Positions 46,858 through 57,508 of a DNA stretch of 64,000 bases are shown piece by piece (within the stretch, counting starts at the first letter, position 1; each line of letters begins with the position of its first letter). Made by a program: the position numbers and the translations under genes. The stretch covers positions 33,402 through 97,401 of the forward strand of contig CAYFFV010000004.1 of assembly GCA_964342695.1 (NCBI GenBank). Direction: 5' to 3'. The notes beneath the pieces are model-generated. The model worked only from the letters and a program-made list of their open reading frames with translations, ran no database searches and was not told where the DNA came from. The stretch comes from an uncultured Vicinamibacteraceae bacterium (GTDB lineage Bacteria > Acidobacteriota > Vicinamibacteria > Vicinamibacterales > UBA8438).

Positions 46858-47700
46858 ATGAAGGATTACGTTAATCCGCAATTATTGGTGACAGCAGAAG
46901 ATCTTGCTGAACGTCTCAGTGCTACGGGAAATAATTCCGATCTCGTTACTTTGATTGATCTACGTACAGCCGAGGAGTTTTCATCCGGACACCTCGATGG
47001 AGCCGTTCACCTCGACTTATTTGGTCTCAGTATTATCGATACCGATCCTGCTCCACTTAAGGCATTTTTGTGGATCATAGCAAACTTATTGGTGTCTCGA
47101 GGTGTTACGCCTGAGAAGAATGTTGTTGTCTACGATAGTCAATCGGGTATACGGGCTGCTCGAGCGTTTTGGTTTTTGGAAGTTTTTGGTCATCGCAATG
47201 TGCAAGTGCTTGATGGAGGTTTCAAAATTTGGGAAAGCTTTGGGTTCCCAGCTACGAAAAAATCTATCGTGCCTGCAAAAGGTGATTGGAGTGTTTGCAA
47301 AAATAATTCTGTGCTTGCTACTTGGAAAGATGTTTATAAAGGTCTTGATAATGAGAAAGTTGTAATACTTGATACCCGTAGTGAAAATGAGTATTTAGGA
47401 ATGGCGAAAAGAGCGAAACGTAGTGGTGCTATTCCTGGTGCTATTAATATCGAATGGACTGAAAATTTGAAGGAAGACGGAACGTTTAAACCGGCCTCTG
47501 AATTAAGTGTGATGTATCAAGAAGCCGGTGTTACACCAGACAAGGAAGTTATTTCTTACTGTCAAGGTGGTTATCGAGCTGCACATAGTTACTTGGCACT
47601 TAGACTTTTGGGGTATTCGCAAGTCAGAAATTATGTGGGTTCTTGGAAAGAATGGGGCGACCGTGTGGATTTACCCGTAGAAATCCCTGAGTCAATCTAA
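46858..47700 (+). CDS. Two-domain sulfurtransferase (rhodanese, SseA/TST family)
   Basis: GHLDGAV, LDGG, active loop YCQGGYRA, YVGSWKEW. Confidence 0.92.
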   Translation: MKDYVNPQLLVTAEDLAERLSATGNNSDLVTLIDLRTAEEFSSGHLDGAVHLDLFGLSIIDTDPAPLKAFLWIIANLLVSRGVTPEKNVVVYDSQSGIRAARAFWFLEVFGHRNVQVLDGGFKIWESFGFPATKKSIVPAKGDWSVCKNNSVLATWKDVYKGLDNEKVVILDTRSENEYLGMAKRAKRSGAIPGAINIEWTENLKEDGTFKPASELSVMYQEAGVTPDKEVISYCQGGYRAAHSYLALRLLGYSQVRNYVGSWKEWGDRVDLPVEIPESI

Positions 47701-47742
47701 AATAGGGTTTAATAATTTTTCGTTTATTCCAAAGGAAACTTA

Positions 47743-49119
47743 ATGGATAACGTTGTTGATTTTATTAACGAGAATCGTGATCGCTATGTAGACGAACTTA
47801 AGCAGTATCTCTCGATACCCAGCATAAGTGCCTTACCTGAGCATTCAGCCGATATGCAAGCATGCGCCGAATGGACTGAGACAGAATTGAAGGCGATAGG
47901 CTTAGAGAATGTCCGTCTCATTACGACACCAGGCAATCCAGTAGTTTTTGGAGAATGGACTCATTCGGAGTATGCGCCCACTATTCTGTTCTATGGACAT
48001 TATGATGTTCAACCTGTCGATCCTCTTGATTTGTGGGAATCTCCACCGTTTGAGGCGACAATCAGAGAGGGAGAAATTTATGCCCGAGGAGCCGCCGACG
48101 ATAAAGGACAGGTTTTCATGCATATGAAGGCTGTGGAGGCATGTTTGTCAAAGAATAAACGGCTTCCAGTTAACATTAAATTTATTCTCGAAGGCGAAGA
48201 AGAGGTTGGCAGCACTCATTTAGATGGTTTTATTCGAGATCATAAAGATTTGCTTGCCGCTGATGTTGTTGTGATTTCAGACTCCCCGATGTTCGATCGC
48301 GGGGTTCCTTCTATTTGCTACGGATTACGTGGGCTAACGTATTTTCAAATTGACATAAAAGGTTCAAGCTCGGATCTTCATTCTGGTTCGTTTGGTGGTG
48401 CTGTGGCGAATCCTGCATTTGTTTTGGCGCAAATTTTGAATCAGATGAAAGATCGCGCGGGGAGAATAAAAATTCCTGGTTTTTATGATGATGTCAGACC
48501 TCTTCGAACGGAGGAGCGAGAGGAATTTGGGAAGTTACCATTTAATGAAGGCCGGTATCGTCGAGATCTTGGGGCACCAAAACTATTTGGCGAAAAAGGA
48601 TATACAACACTTGAACGTGTTTGGGGGCGTCCCACATTTGAAGTTAATGGTTTGCTGTCAGGTTTCACCGCGGAGGGGGCGAAGACAGTTATTCCCGCAG
48701 TTGCGATGGCTAAGATAAGTATGCGACTGGTGCCAGATCAAGATCCAGATAAGGTTGCAAATTTATTTGAAAACTATCTGAAAAAAGTAACCCCGAAAAC
48801 TGTTGAGTTAGCAATAAGTCGCATGCATGGTGGAAAACCATGGATGACTGAATTTGACAATCCGTACGTTCAAGCTGCAGGTAGGGCACTTCAGAGAGGC
48901 TTTGGGCGCCAACCTGTTTTTAATCGTGAGGGCGGTTCAATACCAGTGGTCGCGACCTTTCAGGAAGTTTTGGGTCTGCCCTCTGTTTTGTTCGGCGTAG
49001 GCTTGCCAGATGAGAACGCACACGCACCTAATGAAAAGCTTGACCTAGAGAATTTTCATAAAGGTGTTATCGCTTCTGCCGTTCTCTACGAAGAGATAGG
49101 GAAACTTAATCTTAATTGA
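47743..49119 (+). CDS. M20 family dipeptidase
   Basis: YGHYDVQP, ARGAADDKG, EGEEE, DLHSG, HAPNE. Confidence 0.93.
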   Translation: MDNVVDFINENRDRYVDELKQYLSIPSISALPEHSADMQACAEWTETELKAIGLENVRLITTPGNPVVFGEWTHSEYAPTILFYGHYDVQPVDPLDLWESPPFEATIREGEIYARGAADDKGQVFMHMKAVEACLSKNKRLPVNIKFILEGEEEVGSTHLDGFIRDHKDLLAADVVVISDSPMFDRGVPSICYGLRGLTYFQIDIKGSSSDLHSGSFGGAVANPAFVLAQILNQMKDRAGRIKIPGFYDDVRPLRTEEREEFGKLPFNEGRYRRDLGAPKLFGEKGYTTLERVWGRPTFEVNGLLSGFTAEGAKTVIPAVAMAKISMRLVPDQDPDKVANLFENYLKKVTPKTVELAISRMHGGKPWMTEFDNPYVQAAGRALQRGFGRQPVFNREGGSIPVVATFQEVLGLPSVLFGVGLPDENAHAPNEKLDLENFHKGVIASAVLYEEIGKLNLN

Positions 49120-50014
49120 GACTTGCGACTCTTCTTCGGAGAGTCTTGATGTGTTCCCATATTTCTTCGTACTCCGAGTTCTTAAGTTGATCTTCACGTT
49201 GAGATGTAAATCTAAGATAGTTTTCGAGATCTCTAAGTGCCGCAGAAAAGTCGTTCAGATGATACGCGAGAAGGCCTCGGTCCCGAAGCTCAGATGTTGC
49301 CGACGGATTAATTGCCAGCAAAAGATCAATGATTGCCCGCCCTTGATCAAAAAAACGTGTTTTGATGTATAAACGTTTTAGATTAATTAGTACGCGAATG
49401 ATGATTTGAAGTTTTGTGGCTTGTACAAGTGACGAGCGATCGAATATAGTTTGGGTTCCGAGATTATGTTGTAATAGACGTTTGCAATCGGTTTCTGACA
49501 AAAGTGAGCCAGCGTTAAACGGATCGACGATAAGGTCGGTATCGACAGTGTCTGCAGTGCCTGTTCGATATGGAATACGTAATAGAAAATGTCCAGGGAA
49601 ATTTATACCTTCAACACGAACGCCAGCCCTTTGTGCAATTTCGATATAAACAATTCCCAGTGTAATAGGAATACCAGTGCGACGCTCAATAACAGCGTTT
49701 AAAAGATGGTTTCTTGGGTCGTCGTAGTTTTTTTTATTTCCTTTAAACCCTTCCTCTTTAAAGATGTAGTCGTTTAACAAATTGACTTGGGTCAGCGGAT
49801 CGTCGCTAGGGCCGTCACTAAGACGTCTCAGCGCTTTTATACCCATTTGATCGAGTTGGTCAAGAGATTTAGAGACATCAAGATTGGAGTATTCCAATGT
49901 AGAAATGAGTAAGGCCGCGTTAGCGAGATTAGGTTCAGGGCTTTTGCAAATAGTAGTAAAACTCTTCAGAAAGTCTTTGGATATCATGGTCTTAGTCTGA
50001 TTAGTCAGCGGCAT
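49112..50014 (-). CDS. SirB1/transglutaminase-like core + TPR protein
   Basis: GFKGN..NYDDPRN, RRTGIPITL, FPGHFL, ELRDRGLL. Confidence 0.88.
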   Translation of the reverse strand: MPLTNQTKTMISKDFLKSFTTICKSPEPNLANAALLISTLEYSNLDVSKSLDQLDQMGIKALRRLSDGPSDDPLTQVNLLNDYIFKEEGFKGNKKNYDDPRNHLLNAVIERRTGIPITLGIVYIEIAQRAGVRVEGINFPGHFLLRIPYRTGTADTVDTDLIVDPFNAGSLLSETDCKRLLQHNLGTQTIFDRSSLVQATKLQIIIRVLINLKRLYIKTRFFDQGRAIIDLLLAINPSATSELRDRGLLAYHLNDFSAALRDLENYLRFTSQREDQLKNSEYEEIWEHIKTLRRRVASLN

Positions 50015-50723
50015 CCACTCGAGGGATATTCTTAATAATATGTTCCAATACTTGAATTGTAACCTCGCTCAGTTTATCTATTACCAGATCTGCGGAGACT
50101 AAAACAGAAGCAGGGTAGCTGTTTGTAATTGCAATACATTTAAGTCCTGCACTGTGAGCTGCATCTATACCCCATAAGGAGTCTTCAATTGCGACATACG
50201 AGCCGGAATTCCGAGATGAATGATTACGGTTTAAAAGTTGAACGGTTTTGATATACGTGTCGGGTGCAGGTTTAGATTTATGAACATCGTCCGCGGCTAC
50301 GATTGCACCAAAATAACGTCGAAGGCCATATGTTTCTAGAATGAGTTCGATTTCTTCGTGAAGTGCTCCAGATGCAATTCCTAAAGGCACCGTCTCTGCT
50401 AATTCTCGAATACAAGAATCGGCATAAGGAAATAAGACATTATTCTGTTTGACCAATGTTTGAAATACCTTTGATTTCTCATCAATTAGCTTGCGAAGCT
50501 CACTATCGTTTAACGAATGATCTTGATCTTTGGCAACATTCGAAAACACTCCAACATCATCGTACCCAAGATAATGTTTAAAGTAGGATTTAGAGTCTAG
50601 GTTCATTGCTGTACCAGCCAGTACTTCTTGATAGGCTTTAAGGTGCAGTGGTTCAGTGTCTGCAATGACACCATCAAAATCAAAAATAATACCTAGAAAA
50701 CCCATTCTGTCACTTTTAATCAT
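50001..50723 (-). CDS. HAD-superfamily phosphatase
   Basis: FDFDGVIADTE, SKPAPD, IEDS. Confidence 0.92.
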   Translation of the reverse strand: MIKSDRMGFLGIIFDFDGVIADTEPLHLKAYQEVLAGTAMNLDSKSYFKHYLGYDDVGVFSNVAKDQDHSLNDSELRKLIDEKSKVFQTLVKQNNVLFPYADSCIRELAETVPLGIASGALHEEIELILETYGLRRYFGAIVAADDVHKSKPAPDTYIKTVQLLNRNHSSRNSGSYVAIEDSLWGIDAAHSAGLKCIAITNSYPASVLVSADLVIDKLSEVTIQVLEHIIKNIPRVDAAD

Positions 50724-50729
50724 GACCTG

Positions 50730-51443
50730 TTAATTTTTAGGTGAGTCTCCACTAGCTTCTCTCTCAAGCAGCGGGACTGTGTTTATCGGAAATCGTTGTT
50801 CGTCTTCTGGAGGTAATCGTTCCCCTGCACGAATAGCTGTATCAAGTCTATTTTCTGGGGGTGGAAAAGGACAATCGTACTGTTCATCGTAGTAGCACGT
50901 TGGATGATATGCACGATTAAAATCAAGGTCATATATTCCAGTTGCGGTCCGGTCTAGATCGAGGTATCTACCTGCGGGATAAGTTTCAGAGCCACTGGTC
51001 TGATCTCGAAACGGGACAAATAGCCTAGTGGTTTCTGAAGCAGGCAATTCCATCAAGGCGGACAAAGTCAGAGGGGTGCCATTAAGCATGAATTCTAGAG
51101 TGCCTACCTGTTGCATTGTCCGGAACTGACCGGTTGAGGTCGGAACTTCAAAGACAGGTTGATTTTCTGAAATACGTAACGAAGCAGGGATTCGATATGT
51201 GAGGTCAGGTTCATAGTAGCGAACAGGGAGCATCCACGACCGGCGGTCCAGTGGTACTGGTGAATCCGCTCCGTCAGAGAAAAATTTGTCTTTATTTTCT
51301 CGATCCTCCAACAGTTGTTCAATGTACCCATCTTTGTCAGGAGGAGGTGGACTGCAATGGACACTCATAATGATCGTGGTAACTATCCAACAGAGAATAG
51401 TAATTGTTCTCACACGGTTCTGAGTTATTGCAGTTAGTTTCAC
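50730..51443 (-). CDS. DUF1684 family lipoprotein
   Basis: FVPFRDQTSGSETYPAGRYLD, LDFNRAYHP.C.Y…CP.PP.ENRL. Confidence 0.88.
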   Translation of the reverse strand: MKLTAITQNRVRTITILCWIVTTIIMSVHCSPPPPDKDGYIEQLLEDRENKDKFFSDGADSPVPLDRRSWMLPVRYYEPDLTYRIPASLRISENQPVFEVPTSTGQFRTMQQVGTLEFMLNGTPLTLSALMELPASETTRLFVPFRDQTSGSETYPAGRYLDLDRTATGIYDLDFNRAYHPTCYYDEQYDCPFPPPENRLDTAIRAGERLPPEDEQRFPINTVPLLEREASGDSPKN

Positions 51444-53231
51444 TTAGAAAATATATCCTGATCGAGAGACAGACTCATTAGCAAGTTTACGTCTTATGAT
51501 AACCGTATTGACAGGTTTAACCTTGAGCAATTTTCGCAAAGCGGCGAGATGTGTTTTTAGCTCTTCTCCTTCAATCATAGCCGCCAGAGCAGAGCGCGCC
51601 TTTGTGCCAATTCTTTCAGCTGCGTCACTTACGAAGGCCTTAGCGGCATTACTTTGAAAGCTAGCTGATGCGGTTTGATTACTGATCGCTTGTTGGGCGC
51701 GTCCAACAACACTTTCCGCGGTAAATGTGTCTATGAGCATGTCGGCCGTAAACGAAAGCACCTCCTGTTCCTCGGATAAATTTTTTCCATAGGTTCGCAT
51801 AGCCAAACCAAGAACTGCGATACTTGCTTTTTTGAACATTCTTACAGCTTGTGCTTCGTCACTCAGTAGAGAGTCTGGTTCATGGGAAACTGTTGTTGGA
51901 TTTGAGAGGTCGCTTGCTATTTTCTTTGCCGCTTCGACTAGAGGAAGGTCTCCATTAAGTGCTTTCCTGATTAACATTCCGGGAATGAGCAATCTGTTAA
52001 TCTCGTTGGTTCCTTCGAAGATCCTGTTCACTCGTGAATCCCGGTAGTGTCGTTCAGCGGGATAATCTTCAACGTAACCGTTTCCACCATGAATTTGTAT
52101 GTTCTGGTCTAGAACAAAGTCTAAAATTTCACTTCCAGCAACTTTAAGAATAGAAGACTCGATAGCATGTTCCTCTAGAGCGGCTAGTAATCCTTTGTCG
52201 TGATCATTGCTCTCTTGTAGTGCCTCATCTAAAAGTCCAGCTGTACGATAGACAAGAGACTCAAGGGCATAGGCATAAATGGACATTTCACCTAGCTTGT
52301 GTTTAATGGCACCAAATTCTGATATCGACTGGCCGAACTGTTTGCGCTCCGAAGCGTAGCGAGCCGATTCTCCGATGGCGAGTTGCGCGGATCCACTAGC
52401 AGCGGCGGCGAGTTTAAAGCGGCCATAATTTAGAACATTAAAGGCCACTTTGTGCCCTTTTCCAATTTCTCCTAGGAGGTTCTCTTTGGGTACCCTGACA
52501 TCTTGGAGGATAACTGGTGTTGTAGAAGAGCCTTTGAGACCCATTTTGTGTTCTTCTTCGCCAGTACTTACACCTTCCCATTGACGTTCTACGAGAAAGG
52601 CACTGAATTTGTTTCCATCGACTTGCGCAAAGACAACATAGAGATCTGCGAATCCTCCGTTAGAGATCCACATTTTTTCCCCTGTTAATAGAAAGGTGCC
52701 GTCACTTTGAGGTGTTGCCTTAGTCTTGGCGCCTAATGCGTCCGATCCAGAACCTGATTCACTTAGGCAGTATGCTCCAACGCATTCTCCACTTACTAAT
52801 TTTGGTAGGTATTTCTGTTTCTGCTCGTTAGTGCCAAAAAGAGCAATTGGAAGAATGGCGATACCTGTCTGGGCTCCAAATGTTGTGCTGAATGAACCGG
52901 ATTGGCCGAGCCGGCTCGCAATAATAGCTGAACTCACTTTGTCCATGAGGACACCGTCATAAGTCTCTGAGACGTCTGTACCGAGAATTCCAAGGTCACC
53001 GCAGCGTCGAAGTAAACGTCGTGCAAGATCCCAGTCCTTTTGTTCAAGATGTTTATTGTTTGGTGACACTTCGTTGTCGACAAATTCTTTTGTCGTCAAA
53101 TCTATAAGGTGGTGTTCTTCAGTCATTCTTTCCGGTGTGAAGAAAGAATTAGCCGTGAGGGTTTCAAACAGCCAGTTTCCTCCTCCGGAAGTTCTTTTCT
53201 TTGTAGCAGCTGATTTATCTATGTCTGTCAT
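51444..53231 (-). CDS. fadE: Acyl-CoA dehydrogenase
   Basis: YCLSESGSGSDA, GEKMWISN, QIHGGNGY, RIFEGTNEI. Confidence 0.93.
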   Translation of the reverse strand: MTDIDKSAATKKRTSGGGNWLFETLTANSFFTPERMTEEHHLIDLTTKEFVDNEVSPNNKHLEQKDWDLARRLLRRCGDLGILGTDVSETYDGVLMDKVSSAIIASRLGQSGSFSTTFGAQTGIAILPIALFGTNEQKQKYLPKLVSGECVGAYCLSESGSGSDALGAKTKATPQSDGTFLLTGEKMWISNGGFADLYVVFAQVDGNKFSAFLVERQWEGVSTGEEEHKMGLKGSSTTPVILQDVRVPKENLLGEIGKGHKVAFNVLNYGRFKLAAAASGSAQLAIGESARYASERKQFGQSISEFGAIKHKLGEMSIYAYALESLVYRTAGLLDEALQESNDHDKGLLAALEEHAIESSILKVAGSEILDFVLDQNIQIHGGNGYVEDYPAERHYRDSRVNRIFEGTNEINRLLIPGMLIRKALNGDLPLVEAAKKIASDLSNPTTVSHEPDSLLSDEAQAVRMFKKASIAVLGLAMRTYGKNLSEEQEVLSFTADMLIDTFTAESVVGRAQQAISNQTASASFQSNAAKAFVSDAAERIGTKARSALAAMIEGEELKTHLAALRKLLKVKPVNTVIIRRKLANESVSRSGYIF

Positions 53232-53261
53232 TAGTTCCCCAAATATATCAATGCAAGGTAG

Positions 53262-54446
53262 TCACAAACGTTCAAATATTCCTGCGGCACCCATGCCTCC
53301 TCCCACGCACATTGTTACCATACCGTAACGTCCATTTCTTCGTTTGAGTTCATATAGTAGGCTCGTTGTTAATTTCGCGCCCGTGCATCCTAGAGGATGA
53401 CCCAGTGCAATTGCTCCTCCATTGACATTGAGTTTGTCGGGGTCGATGGGCATTTCCCGAAGGCACGCCAGAATTTGTGCTGCAAAAGCTTCATTGAACT
53501 CTACCAAATCGATATCGTTCATGGTCAGTCCTGAAATTTTTAACGCTTTTTTCATCGCAGGTACCGGTCCAAGTCCAAATAATTCAGGTTTTACTCCGGC
53601 CGTAGTAAACACGACAAATCGTGCCATGGGAATCACATCTCTTGATCGCACGTGAGCCTCTGACATCACTAGAAGGGCAGCAGCACCATCACTTGTTTGT
53701 GATGAATTTCCAGCCGTTACCGTGCCACCAGATCGAAATACTGGACGAAGAGCGGCTAGTGCCTCTAAGGAGGTATCACTTCTCGGACCTTCATCTACGT
53801 TTATAATTTTTTCCTCCACCACTGGAGTATTTTGAGCGTGTCCGTTTGTCGAAGCTACTTGAATAGTAATGGGCATAGTTTCATCTGCGAAATAACCTGC
53901 ATCTATAGCCGCGATAGCCTTCTTATGACTTTGTAAGGCAAATTGATCTTGTTCTTCGCGGGAAATATTTGATTGCACTGCATGATTTTCTGCGACTAGT
54001 CCGGTGTTCAGATATACGTCAGGGTAATCTTTGATCAACCTAGGATTAGGTGTGACTTTGTTGCCACCCATGGGAATAAGACTCATAGATTCTGTGCCAC
54101 CGGCGATTATGGTGGTTGCTGAGCCACAAATGATACGCTCTGCAGCAAAGGCAATTGCCTGAAGGCCGGATGAACAGAATCTATTTACAGTGACTGCTGA
54201 TGATTCGACGGATAGTCCGGCCCGTAAACTTGCGATGCGAGCGACATTTAGACCCTGCTCGGCTTCTGGCATAGCACAGCCCAAGATAACATCATCAATT
54301 TCATCCGGTGCGATTTCGTTGGTACGGCTTATCACCTCGCGAATAGACGACGCGGCTAATTCATCTGGACGTGTCGTTGAAAGGGAGCCCTTAGGTGCTT
54401 TTCCAGTGGGGGTCCGGACTGCGGAAACGATAAAGGACGCATTCAT
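53262..54446 (-). CDS. fadA: Acetyl-CoA C-acyltransferase (thiolase)
   Basis: NRFCSSG, NEAFA, GHPLGCTG, CVGGGMG. Confidence 0.95.
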   Translation of the reverse strand: MNASFIVSAVRTPTGKAPKGSLSTTRPDELAASSIREVISRTNEIAPDEIDDVILGCAMPEAEQGLNVARIASLRAGLSVESSAVTVNRFCSSGLQAIAFAAERIICGSATTIIAGGTESMSLIPMGGNKVTPNPRLIKDYPDVYLNTGLVAENHAVQSNISREEQDQFALQSHKKAIAAIDAGYFADETMPITIQVASTNGHAQNTPVVEEKIINVDEGPRSDTSLEALAALRPVFRSGGTVTAGNSSQTSDGAAALLVMSEAHVRSRDVIPMARFVVFTTAGVKPELFGLGPVPAMKKALKISGLTMNDIDLVEFNEAFAAQILACLREMPIDPDKLNVNGGAIALGHPLGCTGAKLTTSLLYELKRRNGRYGMVTMCVGGGMGAAGIFERL

Positions 54447-55078
54447 ACTTCAAAATCCTCCCATAGATCCCTGACTGCATCACTTACTTCTTGCGTTTTT
54501 CCATTAAAGAGGTGGTCTGCTGAATCTATAATGACAAGGTCTTTCGGTTCTGAGAGTGAACTATAAAATTTCCACATTTGTTTGATCGTAAACAACTGAT
54601 CTTCTTCTCCGTGTACGAGGAATATCGGCTTAGAAGTTATCTTAACTAATGACATGTCTTTGTCAATTGCAGGAGCGATGCCAAGCAGGCCATAAACGCG
54701 AGGGTCCGTGGCGCCAGTGTGTAACGCAATCCATGCACCGAAGGAATAACCTGCAGAAAACAGTGGAATATTTTGATATTTTGTTTGAGCTAGATCAAGC
54801 ATGGCACGATAGTCATCCATTTCACCTAAGCCATTATCAAAGGTTCCGTTACTTGAACCGACACCTCTGAAATTAAAGCGGATTACCGTAAAACCGATTG
54901 CCGAAAGCGCCTTTGCACTTCTATAGACGACCTTATTATGCATGTTCCCCCCATGCAACGGATGAGGATGTGCGAACACTACAATGCCTCGGGGTTTGTG
55001 ATCGGAATTTGACGGATTCGTTTCCGCGGTGTCAATTATAAATTCTAATTGTCCTGCTGGTCCTTGGCTATAAGGCAT
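54443..55078 (-). CDS. Alpha/beta hydrolase
   Basis: HPHPLHGGNM, FNFRGVG, GYSFG nucleophile elbow, D and DHLF triad residues. Confidence 0.9.
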   Translation of the reverse strand: MPYSQGPAGQLEFIIDTAETNPSNSDHKPRGIVVFAHPHPLHGGNMHNKVVYRSAKALSAIGFTVIRFNFRGVGSSNGTFDNGLGEMDDYRAMLDLAQTKYQNIPLFSAGYSFGAWIALHTGATDPRVYGLLGIAPAIDKDMSLVKITSKPIFLVHGEEDQLFTIKQMWKFYSSLSEPKDLVIIDSADHLFNGKTQEVSDAVRDLWEDFEV

Positions 55079-55141
55079 GCTCTCCAGGAGCTCCTGATCT
55101 TTAGAGATATCCTTTGTTTATATTCTTATTGCAACTGTGAA

Positions 55142-57403
55142 CTAGTTCCGTAAAGGTTTTCCCGTTTTTAAAATATGCGACATTCGTGCTTGTGTTTTAG
55201 CCTCGCCACAGAGACTGAGAAATGCTTCCCTTTCTAAATCGAGAAGATGTTGTTCTGAAATTTTTTGAGCGTGCGGAAGATTTCCCCCACTTAGTATGTG
55301 AGCGAGTTTACGACCGATTAGAGCATCGTGATCGCTGATACGATGCCCTCTCCAAGCGAGATGTATGCCCAGTTCTAACGAAGCTTGTATTCCCTCTCCC
55401 CCAACCAGTATCTCTTGTCTAAGCGTTTTGGATTGATATCTTTTTGTCGACATTGCCAGTGCAGCAGTCTTAGCATCAAAAAGTAATCTGTCCTTGTTCA
55501 TCGTAATATCATCTGTTTCGCTAAGAAATCCTAGTCGTAAAGCATGAGGTCCACTCGTCGAAATTGTGCCGAACCCTATTAATTCGAATACGTGTTGCAC
55601 GGGTGGAAGTAGATCTGTCGTACCAACACATTTATCTGTCATAGTTCTGTACAACAGTTCCTTTGTTCCGCCGCCAGCAGGTATTAGTCCAGCGCCTGTT
55701 TCAACTAAACCCATGTAAGTTTCCGCGGCAGCCTGAACTTTGTCACCATGCAGACAAATTTCACATCCACCACCAAGAGTTAGTCCAGCCGGTGCTATGA
55801 CAATGGGAACAGACGATTGTCTCAAGTTAGTGACGGCCTTTTGAAAAGTTCGTACCATTAGATCAATTTCGTCCCAGTTTTCTTCTTGGGCTTCTAAAAG
55901 AACCAAAAGGAGATTTGCACCTGCTGAGAAATTTGGAGCCTCGTTGCCAATGAGTAGTGCTTTAAAATTTGTTTCCGCTTCATTGATTCCCAGTTGAAGC
56001 ATGCTAATCGTATCTGCCCCGATCGTGTTCATTTTTGAATGAAATTCAAGAGCCAAAACACCGTCGCCGATATCTATCAGACTCGCACTGGAGTTTGTTT
56101 TAACGATTCCATTTGCAGACTTTGCTGCAGAAAGAATTCTGGTGCCGTCGAGAGGAGTGTTTGGTTCTAACGCTAGCGGTTTTATAGAAACGGACGAGCT
56201 GTCACTCTGACAGGCTTCAAGTATTTTTTTTGTACCAAGCGTTTCCCATATTTCGAATGGTCCAAGTTCCCATCCATATCCCCACTGCATCGCGCGATCG
56301 ATGTCCGTTGTCGAAGATGCAATTTCTTTAGAAATTTCTGCCGTATAAAGAAGAGTTTTTCCGAGAGTTTCCCTCGTAAAATCACCGATCTCATCTTTTG
56401 AAAAAAGTAAAGTGCGGATACGCTCACGAACGTCGTCTATTTCTGATACCTGTCTAAGTAATGAAATATCTGGTGTGCGATGTTTACGGTAAGTCATTGT
56501 TTCAAGGTCCAAGGTATCTATCCGGGTTCCTTCTGGCGTTCTAAGTTTTTGATAAAACCCTTGAGTTGTTTTTTCTCCTAACCATCCTTTTTGAACTAAG
56601 TTTGTTATAACTGATGGAACTACAAATTGATTTCGCTCGTTCGTGCGATCGATCCGTCTTGAAAGATCTTGTGCGACTGCGGACAGAATATCGATTCCAG
56701 TGAGATCTATAGTTCTGAATGTTGCACTCTTTGGTCGCCCGATCACAGGACCAGTCATGGCATCAATGTCTTCAACGGTAAACTTTCCAGTCGCCAGTTG
56801 TTCAAGCACTCGAAGCGCATTGTAAATTCCAATACGATTTGCAATAAATCCTGGTGTGTCTTTTGTAATTACCACACCTTTTCCGAGTGCATAATCGGCA
56901 AAGTCTCTAATTAGTGTTATCGTCGAAGTACTTGTGTCTTTTGTAGGAATAATTTCAAGTAATGAAAGATAACGAGGAGGGTTGAAAAAGTGGGTCCCGA
57001 GCCAATGTTCTCTAAACTCTGCGGATCTGCCTTCAGCAATTTTTGTGAGTGGGATTCCTGAAGTATTTGAACTCACAATAGTTGTTGCAGAGCGTAGTGT
57101 TTCGATTTCTGCCAACAAATTTTGTTTGATTTCCAATTGTTCGGAAACCGCCTCAATAATCCAGTCACTGTGAGACACTTTATGCATATCAGTGGAAAAT
57201 CCACCAAGACTAATCAAGCTGGCTGTTTCATTCGTAAAGAACGGGTCTGGTTTCGTTTTTTGGGCACGCTGAAGACCGGAAATTGCCGTTTCCTTATCAA
57301 GATCTAGCAACAAGACTGAAAGTCCTGCGTTCGCAAGGTGTGCCGCGATCTGCGCACCCATTGTGCCGGCGCCTAGGACTGTTGCTGAATGAATAGCATT
57401 CAT
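55142..57403 (-). CDS. fadN: 3-hydroxyacyl-CoA dehydrogenase/enoyl-CoA hydratase (FadN type)
   Basis: GAGTMG, SNTSG, HFFNPPRY, FSAGANL, GGGCE, GKPLRN C-terminus. Confidence 0.93.
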   Translation of the reverse strand: MNAIHSATVLGAGTMGAQIAAHLANAGLSVLLLDLDKETAISGLQRAQKTKPDPFFTNETASLISLGGFSTDMHKVSHSDWIIEAVSEQLEIKQNLLAEIETLRSATTIVSSNTSGIPLTKIAEGRSAEFREHWLGTHFFNPPRYLSLLEIIPTKDTSTSTITLIRDFADYALGKGVVITKDTPGFIANRIGIYNALRVLEQLATGKFTVEDIDAMTGPVIGRPKSATFRTIDLTGIDILSAVAQDLSRRIDRTNERNQFVVPSVITNLVQKGWLGEKTTQGFYQKLRTPEGTRIDTLDLETMTYRKHRTPDISLLRQVSEIDDVRERIRTLLFSKDEIGDFTRETLGKTLLYTAEISKEIASSTTDIDRAMQWGYGWELGPFEIWETLGTKKILEACQSDSSSVSIKPLALEPNTPLDGTRILSAAKSANGIVKTNSSASLIDIGDGVLALEFHSKMNTIGADTISMLQLGINEAETNFKALLIGNEAPNFSAGANLLLVLLEAQEENWDEIDLMVRTFQKAVTNLRQSSVPIVIAPAGLTLGGGCEICLHGDKVQAAAETYMGLVETGAGLIPAGGGTKELLYRTMTDKCVGTTDLLPPVQHVFELIGFGTISTSGPHALRLGFLSETDDITMNKDRLLFDAKTAALAMSTKRYQSKTLRQEILVGGEGIQASLELGIHLAWRGHRISDHDALIGRKLAHILSGGNLPHAQKISEQHLLDLEREAFLSLCGEAKTQARMSHILKTGKPLRN

Positions 57404-57448
57404 TTTCTAATATCCCATAATGTTATTTGTTTCATGTTGTTTCTTTAC

Positions 57449-57478
57449 AAAAAAAAGGGTGAGGCTAAGCCTCACCCC
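57449..57478 (-). terminator. Intrinsic terminator
   Basis: On the minus strand, GGGTGAGGC-tta-GCCTCACCC followed by T8, downstream of 57509..58486. Confidence 0.85.
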
Positions 57479-57508
57479 TCTATAGAATTTGTTTATTAAA
57501 AGAGAACT

